Source: an uncultured candidate division Zixibacteria bacterium
GTDB lineage: Bacteria; Zixibacteria; MSB-5A5; GN15; FEB-12
Direction of reading: 5' to 3'
DNA: 64,000 nt
Assembly (NCBI GenBank): GCA_963735035.1
Contig: CAVTJJ010000004.1
Span: 1,408,001-1,472,000, forward strand
Every line of letters starts with the position of its first letter. Within the stretch, counting starts at the first letter, position 1. The position numbers were made by a program, and so were the translations under genes. Shown here piece by piece: positions 1-9,956 of the stretch. The notes under the pieces are model-generated. The model saw only the letters and a program-made list of their open reading frames with translations, was not told the origin of the DNA and did no database searches.

Positions 1-1
1 C

Positions 2-976
2 GCCTGGGGACTGGCGGTCAGCCGACTTCTCACGGCCCGGGGCTGTCGGGTTGTTCTCTGGGAGCACGATCCCTCTGACTATCGCTGCCTGGCGACCACG
101 CGTGCTAATCCACGCAAGCTGCCCGATTTCCATCTCGATGATCGGGTGTCATTGACCGATGACCTTGCGGTTGCTATGACCGGAGCCGATGTCGTAGTTG
201 TCGCTATCGCCGCCCAGCATGTTCGATCGGTCGTGGGCCGTTTCAAACCGCATCTGAACGTCCGGGCCATTCTGGTCAACCTGGCCAAGGGAATCGAAAG
301 CGGCTCTCTCATGCGAATGTCAGAGGTTATAGCCGAGGAATCGGGCTTAGTGGTTGAACGTATTATTACCCTGTCCGGGCCCTCTCACGCGGAAGAAGTC
401 GCCATGAACATGCCCACCACTGTGGTGGCGGCATCGGCTTCTCCCGATCAGACCACCCGGGTTCAGGAGTTGTTCTCGGGGGGCAATTTCAGGGTGTATC
501 ATTCTGAAGACATAATTGGGGTCGAACTCGGGGGTTCGCTCAAGAATATCATTGCCATCGCCTCGGGCGTGGCCGACGGCCTCTCGCTGGGCGACAACAG
601 CAAGGGAGCCTTGATTACGCGCGGCCTGGCGGAGATCACCCGCCTCGGAGTCGCGCTGGGGGCGCAGGCCGAGACTTTTGCGGGTCTGTCCGGTGTTGGA
701 GACCTTGTCACGACTTGCTTCTCCAGGCACAGCCGCAACCGGTACGTGGGGGAGAGGATCGGCCGTGGTGAGAAACTGGCCGCGGTCCTCGCGGGTATGA
801 GTCAGGTGGCCGAAGGTGTCGAAACCGCCCGCTCCGGCCGCGATCTGGCCCATCGGCATGGGGTAGAAATGCCAATTACCGAGGAAGTCTGTCGGGTATT
901 GTTCGAAGATAAGGATGCCAGGGAGGCATTGGGAAACTTGATGGGACGAAAGCTGCGCGCTGAAATCTGGCAGTAG
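2..976 (+). CDS. gpsA: NAD(P)H-dependent glycerol-3-phosphate dehydrogenase (5' end truncated by window)
   Basis: Frame open from position 2 (AWGLAVSRLL..., tail of the GxGxWG motif); LSGPSHAEEV, GGSLKNIIAIA, GLSGVGDLVTTC, SRNR motifs. Confidence 0.95.
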   Translation, partial: AWGLAVSRLLTARGCRVVLWEHDPSDYRCLATTRANPRKLPDFHLDDRVSLTDDLAVAMTGADVVVVAIAAQHVRSVVGRFKPHLNVRAILVNLAKGIESGSLMRMSEVIAEESGLVVERIITLSGPSHAEEVAMNMPTTVVAASASPDQTTRVQELFSGGNFRVYHSEDIIGVELGGSLKNIIAIASGVADGLSLGDNSKGALITRGLAEITRLGVALGAQAETFAGLSGVGDLVTTCFSRHSRNRYVGERIGRGEKLAAVLAGMSQVAEGVETARSGRDLAHRHGVEMPITEEVCRVLFEDKDAREALGNLMGRKLRAEIWQ

Positions 977-998
977 CGCGGATAATTACGAGGCGCCT

Positions 999-1349
999 AT
1001 GAAAGAATTGGGATCTGACGAGAAGAGATACTATTCCATCGGCGAAGCGGCCCGGATGACCGGTCTGGAGCAATACGTCCTTCGCTATTGGGAAAAAGAG
1101 TTCCCCAGTCTCCGACCTCGCAAGAACCGAGGTGGGAACCGTCTCTACACATCGAAAGACATTGAAGTAATCAACCAGATCAAGCATCTCCGCAAGAAAG
1201 AAGGGCTCACCATCTCGGGTGCCCGGGCCAAATTGACTATGAGGCGGGGCGGCGAAGAAAAGGCCGAGACGCAATCCCGTGCCAAAGTAAGAACCATTCT
1301 TGGTAAAATGAGGAAGGACATCGAAGACCTTCTCAAACTTTTCTCTTGA
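999..1349 (+). CDS. MerR-family HTH transcriptional regulator
   Basis: YYSIGEAARMTGLEQYVLRYWEKEF...RNRGGNRLY-type MerR HTH; directly followed by tRNA-Pro(GGG). Confidence 0.9.
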   Translation: MKELGSDEKRYYSIGEAARMTGLEQYVLRYWEKEFPSLRPRKNRGGNRLYTSKDIEVINQIKHLRKKEGLTISGARAKLTMRRGGEEKAETQSRAKVRTILGKMRKDIEDLLKLFS

Positions 1350-1382
1350 ACTTTGGGCCTTTTAACCTACATTTCAATATGT

Positions 1383-1459
1383 CGGAGCGTAGCGCAGCCT
1401 GGTAGCGCACTCCCTTGGGGTGGGAGTGGTCGGCCGTTCAAATCGGCTCGCTCCGACCA
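1383..1459 (+). tRNA. tRNA-Pro(GGG), CCA encoded
   Basis: CGGAGCG acceptor stem pairs with CGCTCCG-A-CCA; anticodon arm CTCCC-TTGGGGT-GGGAG; T-loop GTTCAAATC. Confidence 0.95.
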
Positions 1460-1507
1460 TTTTTTTGGTCGGTCTTTCAGAACAGTCGAGGGGGTATAAA
1501 GGCTGAG

Positions 1508-2188
1508 ATGAATAATACTACTGCCAAACGAATTCTGGTGGTCGTACCCGCCTACAATGCCGGTAAATATCTCAATGAACTGGTGCCGCGGATTCGTCGT
1601 TTTGTTCCCGACTCGGATTTGCTCTTGGTCAACGATGGCTCCACCGACAACACCCTCGATTTGCTTCGTGACCTGCACGTCAACTTCATTTCCTTCAGGG
1701 AGAATCGAGGGAAAGGGGCAGCGCTGAGTGCCGCTTTCGATTACGCCATCAGAAACGAATATCGCTCGGTGCTGACCATCGATGCCGACCTTCAGCATCT
1801 GCCCGAGGAAATTCCTGCTTTTCTGGCGGCTGAGGACGGCCGACGGTTGATCATCGGAACCAGACGCATGAATCTCAAGATTATGCCCTTTGCCCGATGG
1901 CTGACCAACAACCTGACCTCGCTGATAATCTCAATATTCTCGAAGGCCCGCGTGCGTGACAGCCAATCAGGTTTTCGCCTGATCCCGACCGCTGTTCTCA
2001 AAGCAATCCCCCTGAAAACAGTCCGGTATGATTTCGAGTCTGAAATGCTTTTCAAGGCCGGGGCGCTGGGCTGTGAAATGGGTGAGGTGCCCATTAGCAC
2101 TGTCTACGAAACGTCCCGCTCCTATATCAATCCTTTTCGCGATACTCTTCGCTTCGTGCGTCAGATCTGGAAACGTATCTGGTCCTGA
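1508..2188 (+). CDS. Glycosyltransferase family 2 (DPM1-like)
   Basis: VVVPAYN, VNDGSTD, NRGKGAA, TIDADLQH, DSQSGFR motifs; start moved to ATG 1508 because the longer ORF overlaps the tRNA. Confidence 0.9.
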   Translation: MNNTTAKRILVVVPAYNAGKYLNELVPRIRRFVPDSDLLLVNDGSTDNTLDLLRDLHVNFISFRENRGKGAALSAAFDYAIRNEYRSVLTIDADLQHLPEEIPAFLAAEDGRRLIIGTRRMNLKIMPFARWLTNNLTSLIISIFSKARVRDSQSGFRLIPTAVLKAIPLKTVRYDFESEMLFKAGALGCEMGEVPISTVYETSRSYINPFRDTLRFVRQIWKRIWS

Positions 2189-2299
2189 TCTGAACCCACC
2201 CAAGGTCAGAGTTGCTTTTGACAATCGCCTGCTCTACCTTCGTTACGGCACGCCTAATAGGCTGCACAGTTAGTCCACGATAGTCTCAGGAGTCCTCAA

Positions 2300-3061
2300 G
2301 TGGCAAGAAGATTGAGAATACTTATCACCAACGATGACGGGTACTTCTCAGACGGGATTAACGCCCTGTTTGAAGAAATGTCTCGGAAGTACGATGTATT
2401 CATGGTGGCGCCCGACCGCGAGCAATCGGCGTCGTCTCACTCTCTGACGTTGAGTCGTCCGCTCAGAATGCACAAGCTCGACAAGTGGCATTATTTCACC
2501 GATGGCACCCCAACCGATTGCGTGATGCTAGCGCTTCATCTGGTGTTCAAAGGCAAGCACCCCGACTTTATTATCTCAGGTATCAATCACGGCGCCAATA
2601 TGGGTGACGACGTTACCTACTCCGGGACCGTGGCCGCGGCGACAGAAGGGGCAATCCTAAAGATACCGTCAATCGCCGTATCTATGGCGGGCTACAAGCC
2701 GGGAATGTCCATGACCAGAGGGGCTCGATTCGTAAGCCAACTGGTTAGTGTCTATCACTCGATGGAACTTACCCCGGCTACTTTTCTGAATGTCAATCTG
2801 CCCCCCGACAACGGCCAGCCGTACCGAAAATACGAATTCACCCGCCAGGGCGACCGTGAGTACAAGGACGTAGTTATCCGCAAATACGACCCCCGCGGGC
2901 GTGATTACTATTGGATTGGCGGCCATCCCCGGTGGAAGAGGCTCAAAGGGACCGACTTTATGGCCACCCGGGCGGGCCTGGTGTCCATAACCCCAATGAA
3001 ACTGGAGTTCACCGATACTGAAGCTCTTGATCGGCTGGACGCCCGGTCTTTCAAACTGTGA
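2300..3061 (+). CDS. surE: 5'/3'-nucleotidase SurE
   Basis: ILITNDDG, APDREQSASSHSLT, DGTPTDCV, SGINHGANMG, YSGTVAAA. Confidence 0.96.
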   Translation: MARRLRILITNDDGYFSDGINALFEEMSRKYDVFMVAPDREQSASSHSLTLSRPLRMHKLDKWHYFTDGTPTDCVMLALHLVFKGKHPDFIISGINHGANMGDDVTYSGTVAAATEGAILKIPSIAVSMAGYKPGMSMTRGARFVSQLVSVYHSMELTPATFLNVNLPPDNGQPYRKYEFTRQGDREYKDVVIRKYDPRGRDYYWIGGHPRWKRLKGTDFMATRAGLVSITPMKLEFTDTEALDRLDARSFKL

Positions 3062-3129
3062 CTTTCAGGGCCAAATCAAAAAGATCAGCAAACTCTCACC
3101 AATATTCGTTGTTGTTGGCTTATAAGATA

Positions 3130-3157
3130 TTGACAAAGGACAGAAAAGGCTTATTCT
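3130..3157 (+). promoter_or_regulatory. sigma70-type promoter for tRNA-Pro(CGG)
   Basis: TTGACA-N16-TATTCT, ending 18 bp upstream of the tRNA. Confidence 0.6.
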
Positions 3158-3175
3158 TGGGGTCGCTCGTAAATT

Positions 3176-3248
3176 CGGGGCGTGGCGCAGTTGGTAGCGC
3201 GCTTGGTTCGGGACTAAGAGGTCGCTGGTTCAAATCCAGTCGCCCCGA
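3176..3248 (+). tRNA. tRNA-Pro(CGG), CCA not encoded
   Basis: CGGGGCG/CGCCCCG acceptor stem; anticodon arm CTTGG-TTCGGGA-CTAAG; GGTTCAAATCC T-arm. Confidence 0.95.
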
Positions 3249-3326
3249 TATTTTGAAACGGCCCACCTAAACATTCGTTATGGAGAACGAGTAGCACACA
3301 AATTCTAACGGAAAGGTCAGTGGCTC

Positions 3327-3803
3327 ATGCCAGTAGAAAGAAAACCGATTATCGCCATCGTGGGGGCCGGCAAGTGTTCCAAGAAGCTCAGGGACAAAGC
3401 TGCCTTGGTCGCCCGGCAAGTAGTGAAGAATGGCGGTATCATCGTCTGCGGAGGCATGGGGGGTATCATGGAAGGGGCAGCTCGGGGTGCGTGGGAAGGC
3501 GGCGGCGTGTCGATCGGCATTTTGCCTTCGGAAGATCGAAAAGACGCCAACAAATTTGTAACGTTTGCCATTCCGACCGGCTTCGGAGAGGCTCGCAATC
3601 TTATGGTCATTCGCGCGGCTGACGCAGTAGTTGCGTTTCCCGGCAAGTTCGGTACTCTGTCCGAGATGGCGTTTGCGCTAAAAATCGGCAAACCGCTAAT
3701 CTCTATCGCGGCCTGGAAATTGGGCGAAGGCATCATCCAGCTCGATGACGCTGTTGAGGCCGCGGACAAAGCGCTGGAACTGGCCAAAGCCGCCATGGAA
3801 TGA
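3327..3803 (+). CDS. TIGR00725/LOG-like Rossmann-fold protein
   Basis: VCGGMGGIMEGAARGA, GILP, ARN, PGKFGTLSE motifs. Confidence 0.85.
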   Translation: MPVERKPIIAIVGAGKCSKKLRDKAALVARQVVKNGGIIVCGGMGGIMEGAARGAWEGGGVSIGILPSEDRKDANKFVTFAIPTGFGEARNLMVIRAADAVVAFPGKFGTLSEMAFALKIGKPLISIAAWKLGEGIIQLDDAVEAADKALELAKAAME

Positions 3804-4075
3804 GCCGTCGCAAGGTCGAAATCTTTATCTCCGGGGTAGTCCAAGGAGTCGGATTTCGTTACTTCGTTTGTCATCAGGCGCAGGACCTGGGGGTGGTCGG
3901 CTTGGTCAGGAATCTTCCTGACGGCCGCTTGATGATTACTGCCGAGGGGGATCAGGAGCAGTTGGATGCATTCATCGACGACGTAAAATCCGGTCCAAGG
4001 TCGGCCGTGGTCGAAGACGTTGCGATTCGCTGGACTATGGCCGAGGGCCGTTTCACTTCTTTCAATATGATGTGA
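3800..4075 (+). CDS. acyP: Acylphosphatase
   Basis: SGVVQGVGFRY and GLVRNLPDG signatures; ATGA overlap with upstream gene. Confidence 0.93.
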   Translation: MSRRKVEIFISGVVQGVGFRYFVCHQAQDLGVVGLVRNLPDGRLMITAEGDQEQLDAFIDDVKSGPRSAVVEDVAIRWTMAEGRFTSFNMM

Positions 4076-4080
4076 GTGTT

Positions 4081-4607
4081 ATGACTGATCTGAAGCAGTT
4101 CATACGCGAAGTGCCCAACTTTCCCAAGCCGGGGATCAACTTCTACGACATCTCCACGCTTCTGCAGAACGAGACCGGTTTCGGGCTCGCGCTCGACCAG
4201 ATGGAAGAATACGCAGTGAGCCGAGGGGCCGAAAAGATTGTCGCCATTGAGGCGCGCGGGTTCGTGTTCGGCGCCGCTCTGGCCGACCGAATGAATATCG
4301 GTCTGGTGATCGCCCGCAAGCCGGGCAAGCTGCCCTACAAGACTTTCTCCCAGGAATACGCTCTCGAATACGGCACCGACAGCATCGAGATCCATATCGA
4401 CGCCGTCGACAAGGGAGAGCGCGTGTTGTTGGTCGATGATCTTGATTGCTACCGGCGGGACTCTCGCCGCCGCCTGCAAGCTGGTTGAGAAAGATGGGCG
4501 GACAGGTGGTAGGAATTTCATCGGTGATCAGTCTGGATTTCCTGCCGTATCGAGAAAAGCTCAAAGGGTACGACATCAACTATCTGATCTCGTACGATTC
4601 GGAATAA
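4081..4607 (+). CDS. apt: Adenine phosphoribosyltransferase with two apparent +1 frameshifts (~4443, ~4490)
   Basis: PNFPKPGINFYDI, IEARGF, ARKPGKLP, YALEYG; the PRPP motif VDDL/IATGGT is split across frames; a third frame ends ...YLISYDSE-stop at 4607. Confidence 0.88.
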
Positions 4608-4671
4608 TCTTCCGGTCGAACTCTCCTTGCCAATATCAGGCGTGCGGTGTAGATTCCGGCGCGTCTTACAT

Positions 4672-4745
4672 GCCCCCGTAGCTCAGTTGGATAGAGCAGC
4701 GGTTTCCTAAACCGTTTGTCGCAGGTTCGATTCCTGTCGGGGGTA
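4672..4745 (+). tRNA. tRNA-Arg(CCT)
   Basis: GCCCCCG/CGGGGGT acceptor stem; anticodon arm GCGGT-TTCCTAA-ACCGT; GGTTCGATTCC. Confidence 0.95.
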
Positions 4746-4848
4746 TTTCTACAGAGCATCAAACACTGGCGGGAAGCCGAACCTTTTTTCCCCACGATTT
4801 GTAGAAGGACTATCACTGGTATTTGGCATTCTGTGACGAGGTGGTGAA

Positions 4849-5673
4849 ATGGGTGAAAGTCCGTCGCGAGCCGCGAATTGGCGAATTTGCATACTCTTCA
4901 GCTTGATCGGGGTATTGTGTGGATGTGAGCCTTCATACCACGTCGCACCGGCAGACGAATTCAGCTCGAAGTATAGTTGGGCCTGGCCAGTTGACACGCT
5001 CGGGCCGTATGTCTTTACGATCAAGCTTGGCGAGGACGAATCTGTCATACGAGTGGACTCCTCAGATTTTCTGAGAGGATCGGTGACTTCATCATACTAT
5101 TCCAAAGCAGGGGCACCTCGCGATTGGTCGCTGGTTCCTGGATTAAGGATTGATTCCGTAAAGCTCGGCTTCGCAGGGGATCAGCCGGGCTTGTTCTTCA
5201 CTTTCCATGAGTATCCAGCTTCTTTTCGCACCGACGATAGCTGTTTCTTTTCCGGACCTGGTATACGTCTCAATCCTCTCGCTTTGCCAGATGATCAAGT
5301 GCCGCTCGCATATACCGTTGTTGCCAGTCTTAGTCAGTCTGGGACAGATTCAGTTCTGACAAGGCGTGTTTATCATCACACTCTCAAGTCAGATGGTCAG
5401 CCCGGAGCCCGGATGCGAAACATTGCGTCTTCGTACCGCTGGCCATTCGGGCCAACCAACTTGATTTCCTATGAAGTTCCAGATTCCTGTGCGGTCAACT
5501 GTGTGGTGTACAACGTCACAGGCCAGGCAGTCGATACCCTTGTGGACGAAGTCCTGCCGCCGGGACTCTATCAGGTTAACTTGTATGATATCAACATGCC
5601 AAGCGGAGTCTTCTTCGCCAAGTGGATCATCTGTGGAGCCACTGAGACCAAGAAGCTTCTGTTTCTCCGGTAA
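4849..5673 (+). CDS. Hypothetical exported protein with C-terminal T9SS-type sorting (FlgD-like) domain
   Basis: N-terminal hydrophobic stretch with LCGC; C-terminus ISYEVP...VYNVTGQAVDTLVD...MPSGVFF...ETKKLLFLR. Confidence 0.7.
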   Translation: MGESPSRAANWRICILFSLIGVLCGCEPSYHVAPADEFSSKYSWAWPVDTLGPYVFTIKLGEDESVIRVDSSDFLRGSVTSSYYSKAGAPRDWSLVPGLRIDSVKLGFAGDQPGLFFTFHEYPASFRTDDSCFFSGPGIRLNPLALPDDQVPLAYTVVASLSQSGTDSVLTRRVYHHTLKSDGQPGARMRNIASSYRWPFGPTNLISYEVPDSCAVNCVVYNVTGQAVDTLVDEVLPPGLYQVNLYDINMPSGVFFAKWIICGATETKKLLFLR

Positions 5674-5820
5674 TTGATTAACAAATGCATGTAGGGCCGT
5701 CTCTTGAGTCGGCCTCCAGAGAACTTTCTAAACAACGCGAACTCCAGTGTCGATAAATGGGTATCAGAGTTATTCAGGCTCAGAAGCACTTTGCCCTGAG
5801 TCTATAACATGGAGGTGAAA

Positions 5821-6489
5821 ATGATTCGCTATTTCTCATTGGCAATCGCCGCGTTTGTGGCCCTGGTAGGTTTCGCGTCTGCCAGTCAGGCTGGAGTCCA
5901 GGTCAACGTTTCGGCCGATCAGGACGGCATCAAAAGCTTCTATCTGGAGATCGGCGAACAGTACCGCGTGCCGGAGAAGGAAGTAGTCGTCATCAGGGAA
6001 CGCAGGATTCCCGACGATGAACTCCCGGTCGTGTTCTTTCTGGCCCGCCATGCCAGCGTCGAACCCGATGTCATCGTTACCATGAGACTGGGCGGCCAGT
6101 CGTGGATGGACATTGCCTTGCACTATCGCCTCTTGCCGGAAATCTTCTATGTCCAATTCGATCGCGATCCCGGTCCGCCCTACGGCCGCGCCTGGGGTCA
6201 TTTCAAGCATCACAAACGCTCTGAGTGGAAAGAAATCCGGCTCGAAGATGACGATATCGTCAACCTGGTGGACCTGAAGTTCGTCTCGGAGCGGTACGGG
6301 TGCACGCCGATGGAGGTTGTCCGGTTGCGCGAGAAAGAGAACAGCTTCGTGGTCATCCATCGCGACATTAGAGCCGAGAAGGAGCACTCGAAAGTGCGCT
6401 CCAAAGAGCATTCGAAACATAAGTCGAAATCTGAAGGTTCTTCGGAACATGGCCACGGCCATGGCAACGGCAATGGCGATCACGATTAG
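5821..6489 (+). CDS. Hypothetical secreted protein with Lys/His-rich low-complexity tail
   Basis: GGAGGT RBS; signal peptide ending ASQA; GPPYGRAWGH motif; tail KEHSK x2, HGHGHGNGNG. Confidence 0.75.
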   Translation: MIRYFSLAIAAFVALVGFASASQAGVQVNVSADQDGIKSFYLEIGEQYRVPEKEVVVIRERRIPDDELPVVFFLARHASVEPDVIVTMRLGGQSWMDIALHYRLLPEIFYVQFDRDPGPPYGRAWGHFKHHKRSEWKEIRLEDDDIVNLVDLKFVSERYGCTPMEVVRLREKENSFVVIHRDIRAEKEHSKVRSKEHSKHKSKSEGSSEHGHGHGNGNGDHD

Positions 6490-6514
6490 AAGCTGAAGAC
6501 AATCTATTGGCATT

Positions 6515-6550
6515 CAAGAGCCGGCCTTCGAGTCGGCTCTTGGCGTTTTG
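6515..6550 (+). terminator. Probable intrinsic terminator
   Basis: CAAGAGCCGGC-CTTCGA-GTCGGCTCTTG hairpin followed by a short T-run. Confidence 0.55.
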
Positions 6551-6609
6551 GGCCTCGAACATGTCCATGTCATTCGTGACATGACCACAGTGTGATCCCG
6601 GAAAGATGC

Positions 6610-6638
6610 TTGACACACCCGTGGTCGTAGTTTATGCT
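6610..6638 (+). promoter_or_regulatory. sigma70-type promoter
   Basis: TTGACA-N17-TATGCT upstream of the 6674 CDS and its GGAGG RBS. Confidence 0.6.
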
Positions 6639-6673
6639 GTTCAAAACGATCCTGCAATTCCGGAGGTATCACC

Positions 6674-8707
6674 TTGCGCGCAGCGATTACAATAATATTC
6701 ATTGCTGCTCTGTTACCGGGGGCGGCCGTCAATGCTACCGTATTTTCGTCCCAGGAATGGGGAACTATAACTCCCGAGGAGCGCCAACTCCAGGCGCCCG
6801 CTGGGTCTCCGGATGCCGGTTCCGTCTTCATTTTTGACAAAGGGATGGTGGTGACCGAATTCGACGGTCCGCAGTTGAAGCGGCACGTTCGCATCAAGAT
6901 TCTTAATTCGTCGGTCATTCCCAGACTAAATCCGATCGTTATAGAAAGCGTGTGGTATGACGAGATTTTCGACGTCGAAGCGCTCGTCCACCGTGCGGAC
7001 GGCACTCAGATCAATATCGACAAAAAGAACATCACCGAATTCAAGGACGAAACCAGGCGTACTCGAACCATTACATTTCCCGACCTGAAGGCGGGAGACA
7101 TAATCGAGTACCGGTATGCGATCCTGTACTACGGTGGCTATGACAAGCTGGGAGCAGAGAAGTATTTTCTGTTCAGTCAGTCCGTCAGTTGGCGATGGGT
7201 CAAGAGTCGCAAGAGCAAAGTAATAGACTATGACGATCCGGATTTGCAGAGAGTTGCCAATATTCCGGCGTGGTATTTCGACAACTTCGGGCCCACGCTT
7301 TTTTCTCAATACATAGCTAAGATAGGAGCAAACCTCGACTACACCTGCGTGCCTTCCAACGTACCGAGGGATAAACAGGTTCCGGAGTCGCATCGGGGCA
7401 AGGGAATCATTGATCGCGTTTACGTCTATTACACGTGGACACTCGAAGACGTCCCGGCCATTCGTCCTGAACCGTTCATGGCCCGTCCGAACGACTTCCG
7501 CCCTTCGCTGCATTTTGATCTATTTTCCAGTCCGGGTGAAAACCGAATTATCTTGGGAACCGTTTCGGATGGCCACTGGAACTATGTTGGAAAGAACTTC
7601 CAAGGGTATCTCAGCATGTATGTGGGAAAGCAGCGCGAGATACGAAGTGAGACAGCTAAGATTCTCGCGGGGCAGACTTCCGACGAAAGCAAAGCAGGGC
7701 GACTCTATGGGTACGTTCGCGACAACTATTCTTTCGACAGTTCGGGTTATCGGATGAGGTCATCCAATAAGAATCTGGCCGAATTCAGGAAGAAGAAGTC
7801 AGGATCGCCCTTCGAGATGAATATTCTGTTGGTTGAAATGCTGAAGGCGGCGGATATCGATGCTTGGCCGGTGTTGATAAATACCCGTGGCGAAGCCGAT
7901 TTTCATCGCACCGGCCGATTCAATCATATTATCGTCTTTGCGAAAATGGATGCAGGCTCACTCTATCTCGATGCCTCTTCGAAAACCGGCCGCTATGGGG
8001 TCCTGCCGCCGCCATGTTTGGTAGACGAGGGTGTGTTGGTGGATTTCGACAACTCGCAACTTCAGCGGGTATTGTCGCCCGCTCAGGACAGCTATCGAGT
8101 AGATTCGATGCGTCTCAGTCTGGACGGCACCGGCTGCGCAGCCGTCTCAAGAGTATCCTCACTCAGTGGTTACCCGGCCATGGAACTCGGGCTACATCTG
8201 GCGCCGTTCGCAGGGGCACGGCCGAAACCGGACATTCGATTGGTGCTGTCTGACCTGATTACATCAGAGAAGATGCGCTGGAATTGTGATAGTCTTGGAT
8301 TCTGCACGGTCGAAACTGATTTGCCGGCCGGTGCTTCGCCGTCGTCTGCGAGTGAAGGTATGACTATGCCCATAGCCTCATGGCTTAATTCAAATCCACT
8401 TCCCGCTGAAGAGCGCAAACAACCAGTAGATTTCGTCTATCCTTTCAAGTACGAAAGTACCGCCATTTTCTCCGGGAGTGACAGTGTGATGTCGATTGTC
8501 AAAGCCAACGATGTCGCCTTTGGGATAGCCGGGGCGTCGTTCCTGCGTGAGACTCGACAACTCGGCGATTCGGTGGGTGTTACGGTACGGCTGGTGATTG
8601 AGAAGCCAGTTTTCCCGGTGGCCGAATACAGCGCCCTGAGAGGTTTGTTCGAGAAGGCCGTCACAGCTTGCTCCAAGCCCATCTTCCCGGCGGTTGCGAA
8701 GCCGTAA
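6674..8707 (+). CDS. DUF3857 / transglutaminase-like domain exported protein
   Basis: Signal peptide; HVRIKILN, FPDLKAGDIIEYRY, FNHII, YLDAS motifs; the usual catalytic Cys is not evident (GSPFEMN). Confidence 0.8.
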   Translation: MRAAITIIFIAALLPGAAVNATVFSSQEWGTITPEERQLQAPAGSPDAGSVFIFDKGMVVTEFDGPQLKRHVRIKILNSSVIPRLNPIVIESVWYDEIFDVEALVHRADGTQINIDKKNITEFKDETRRTRTITFPDLKAGDIIEYRYAILYYGGYDKLGAEKYFLFSQSVSWRWVKSRKSKVIDYDDPDLQRVANIPAWYFDNFGPTLFSQYIAKIGANLDYTCVPSNVPRDKQVPESHRGKGIIDRVYVYYTWTLEDVPAIRPEPFMARPNDFRPSLHFDLFSSPGENRIILGTVSDGHWNYVGKNFQGYLSMYVGKQREIRSETAKILAGQTSDESKAGRLYGYVRDNYSFDSSGYRMRSSNKNLAEFRKKKSGSPFEMNILLVEMLKAADIDAWPVLINTRGEADFHRTGRFNHIIVFAKMDAGSLYLDASSKTGRYGVLPPPCLVDEGVLVDFDNSQLQRVLSPAQDSYRVDSMRLSLDGTGCAAVSRVSSLSGYPAMELGLHLAPFAGARPKPDIRLVLSDLITSEKMRWNCDSLGFCTVETDLPAGASPSSASEGMTMPIASWLNSNPLPAEERKQPVDFVYPFKYESTAIFSGSDSVMSIVKANDVAFGIAGASFLRETRQLGDSVGVTVRLVIEKPVFPVAEYSALRGLFEKAVTACSKPIFPAVAKP

Positions 8708-8924
8708 GACCTAGAGGCCTGCAGAAAACTACCTCGCGAAGGCTGTAACGTCAGGTCTTACGGTCCGTCCGCTTGAGGCGAAGCGGGAGCGTTTGGCTCG
8801 GCCGCGCTGCAACATCTTTCAATCCCCTGCGTAACTCCAGGTAGCACGACCTTCGATAGACACGGTCGCTCTGGCGGCCGCGGTTACTATCGTATTACGG
8901 GAAGATTCGACAGCGGAGGCAACT

Positions 8925-9833
8925 ATGAGACTTTCCTGGATCGGCGGCCTGACATTGGCGGGCCTGGCAATGTGTCTGGCTCCCGGCACTCGGGCAGATG
9001 ATCAGATCGAAACCCACGCCTACAGCGGCATCAAGATCATCAAAATCAACACTACCAGCGGCGAATGCATCGTAAGAAAGGGGACCGACAATCAAGTCAA
9101 GGTCGAGGTGACCTGGTCATACCGGCCTCACGAATCGTACGAGCCGCGCTTTTCGGACCGGGGAGAGGTCCTCAAGTTGTCCGAAGAAATCTATGAATCC
9201 AACTCCGGCTATTCCAAGTGGACCCTGACAATTCCGGACAGTGTGGAGATTCGGTTCAATTCCGCATCGGGAGGACTTGATGTCGCCGACTGGGCGGGCG
9301 AAATCTCCGGACAGACGGCTTCCGGTGATTTCCGGATGGACAAATGCCAAGGTGATTTCAGTCTCAGTTCCGCCTCGGGGAACGTCGAAATGTTTTCCTG
9401 CAATGGCGAGTTTTCCGTCAGCACCGCGTCAGGTGATATCCAACTGATAGAATGTACGGGAAAGTTCGAGACAAGCAGTGCCTCAGGCGATGTTGAAGCC
9501 GAAGCGGCGACAATCGATGCGCCCAGCTCGTTTTCCGCCGCCTCGGGCTCAGTGGACGTATCGCTGGCCAAGCCGGTGACCCACGATCTGGTACTATCCA
9601 GCGCCTCTGGCGATGCCGGACTCAACTTTGGCGGTAACCCGATACAAGGATATTTCGAATTCCAGACCAGATATCGTACTGGCCATATTGAGGCGCCATT
9701 CTCGTTCGATGATGAAGAAGAGTTCCGTGATCACGGCGACCGGTACGTCCGCAAATGGTTCACCCGGGGAGGGGAGAAGCCGGAGATATTTATCCAAACC
9801 GCTTCCGGCACGGCGGCTCTGACCGAACGCTGA
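8925..9833 (+). CDS. DUF4097-like beta-strand repeat (adhesin-like) exported protein
   Basis: Signal peptide; repeated (T/S)ASG(D/N) beta-helix units. Confidence 0.8.
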   Translation: MRLSWIGGLTLAGLAMCLAPGTRADDQIETHAYSGIKIIKINTTSGECIVRKGTDNQVKVEVTWSYRPHESYEPRFSDRGEVLKLSEEIYESNSGYSKWTLTIPDSVEIRFNSASGGLDVADWAGEISGQTASGDFRMDKCQGDFSLSSASGNVEMFSCNGEFSVSTASGDIQLIECTGKFETSSASGDVEAEAATIDAPSSFSAASGSVDVSLAKPVTHDLVLSSASGDAGLNFGGNPIQGYFEFQTRYRTGHIEAPFSFDDEEEFRDHGDRYVRKWFTRGGEKPEIFIQTASGTAALTER

Positions 9834-9900
9834 CAGAGATCATTTCCGTTCGCCATCCGCGAAACGGTGAAGTGTCAATGAATACAAAATCTATCCGCAT

Positions 9901-9936
9901 AAAATAAGCGGGGCGGCCATTCCGGCCGCCCCGCTT
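9901..9936. terminator. Hairpin terminator between convergent genes
   Basis: AAGCGGGGCGGCC-ATTCC-GGCCGCCCCGCTT with an A-run on the left (U-tail on the minus strand). Confidence 0.7.
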
Positions 9937-9956
9937 GACTAACCAAACCCGCCGCG

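Noticed and set aside
1415..1507. N-terminal extension of the GT2 ORF; likewise ORFs 3058-3270 and 4580-4816
   Set aside because: They overlap clear tRNA genes.
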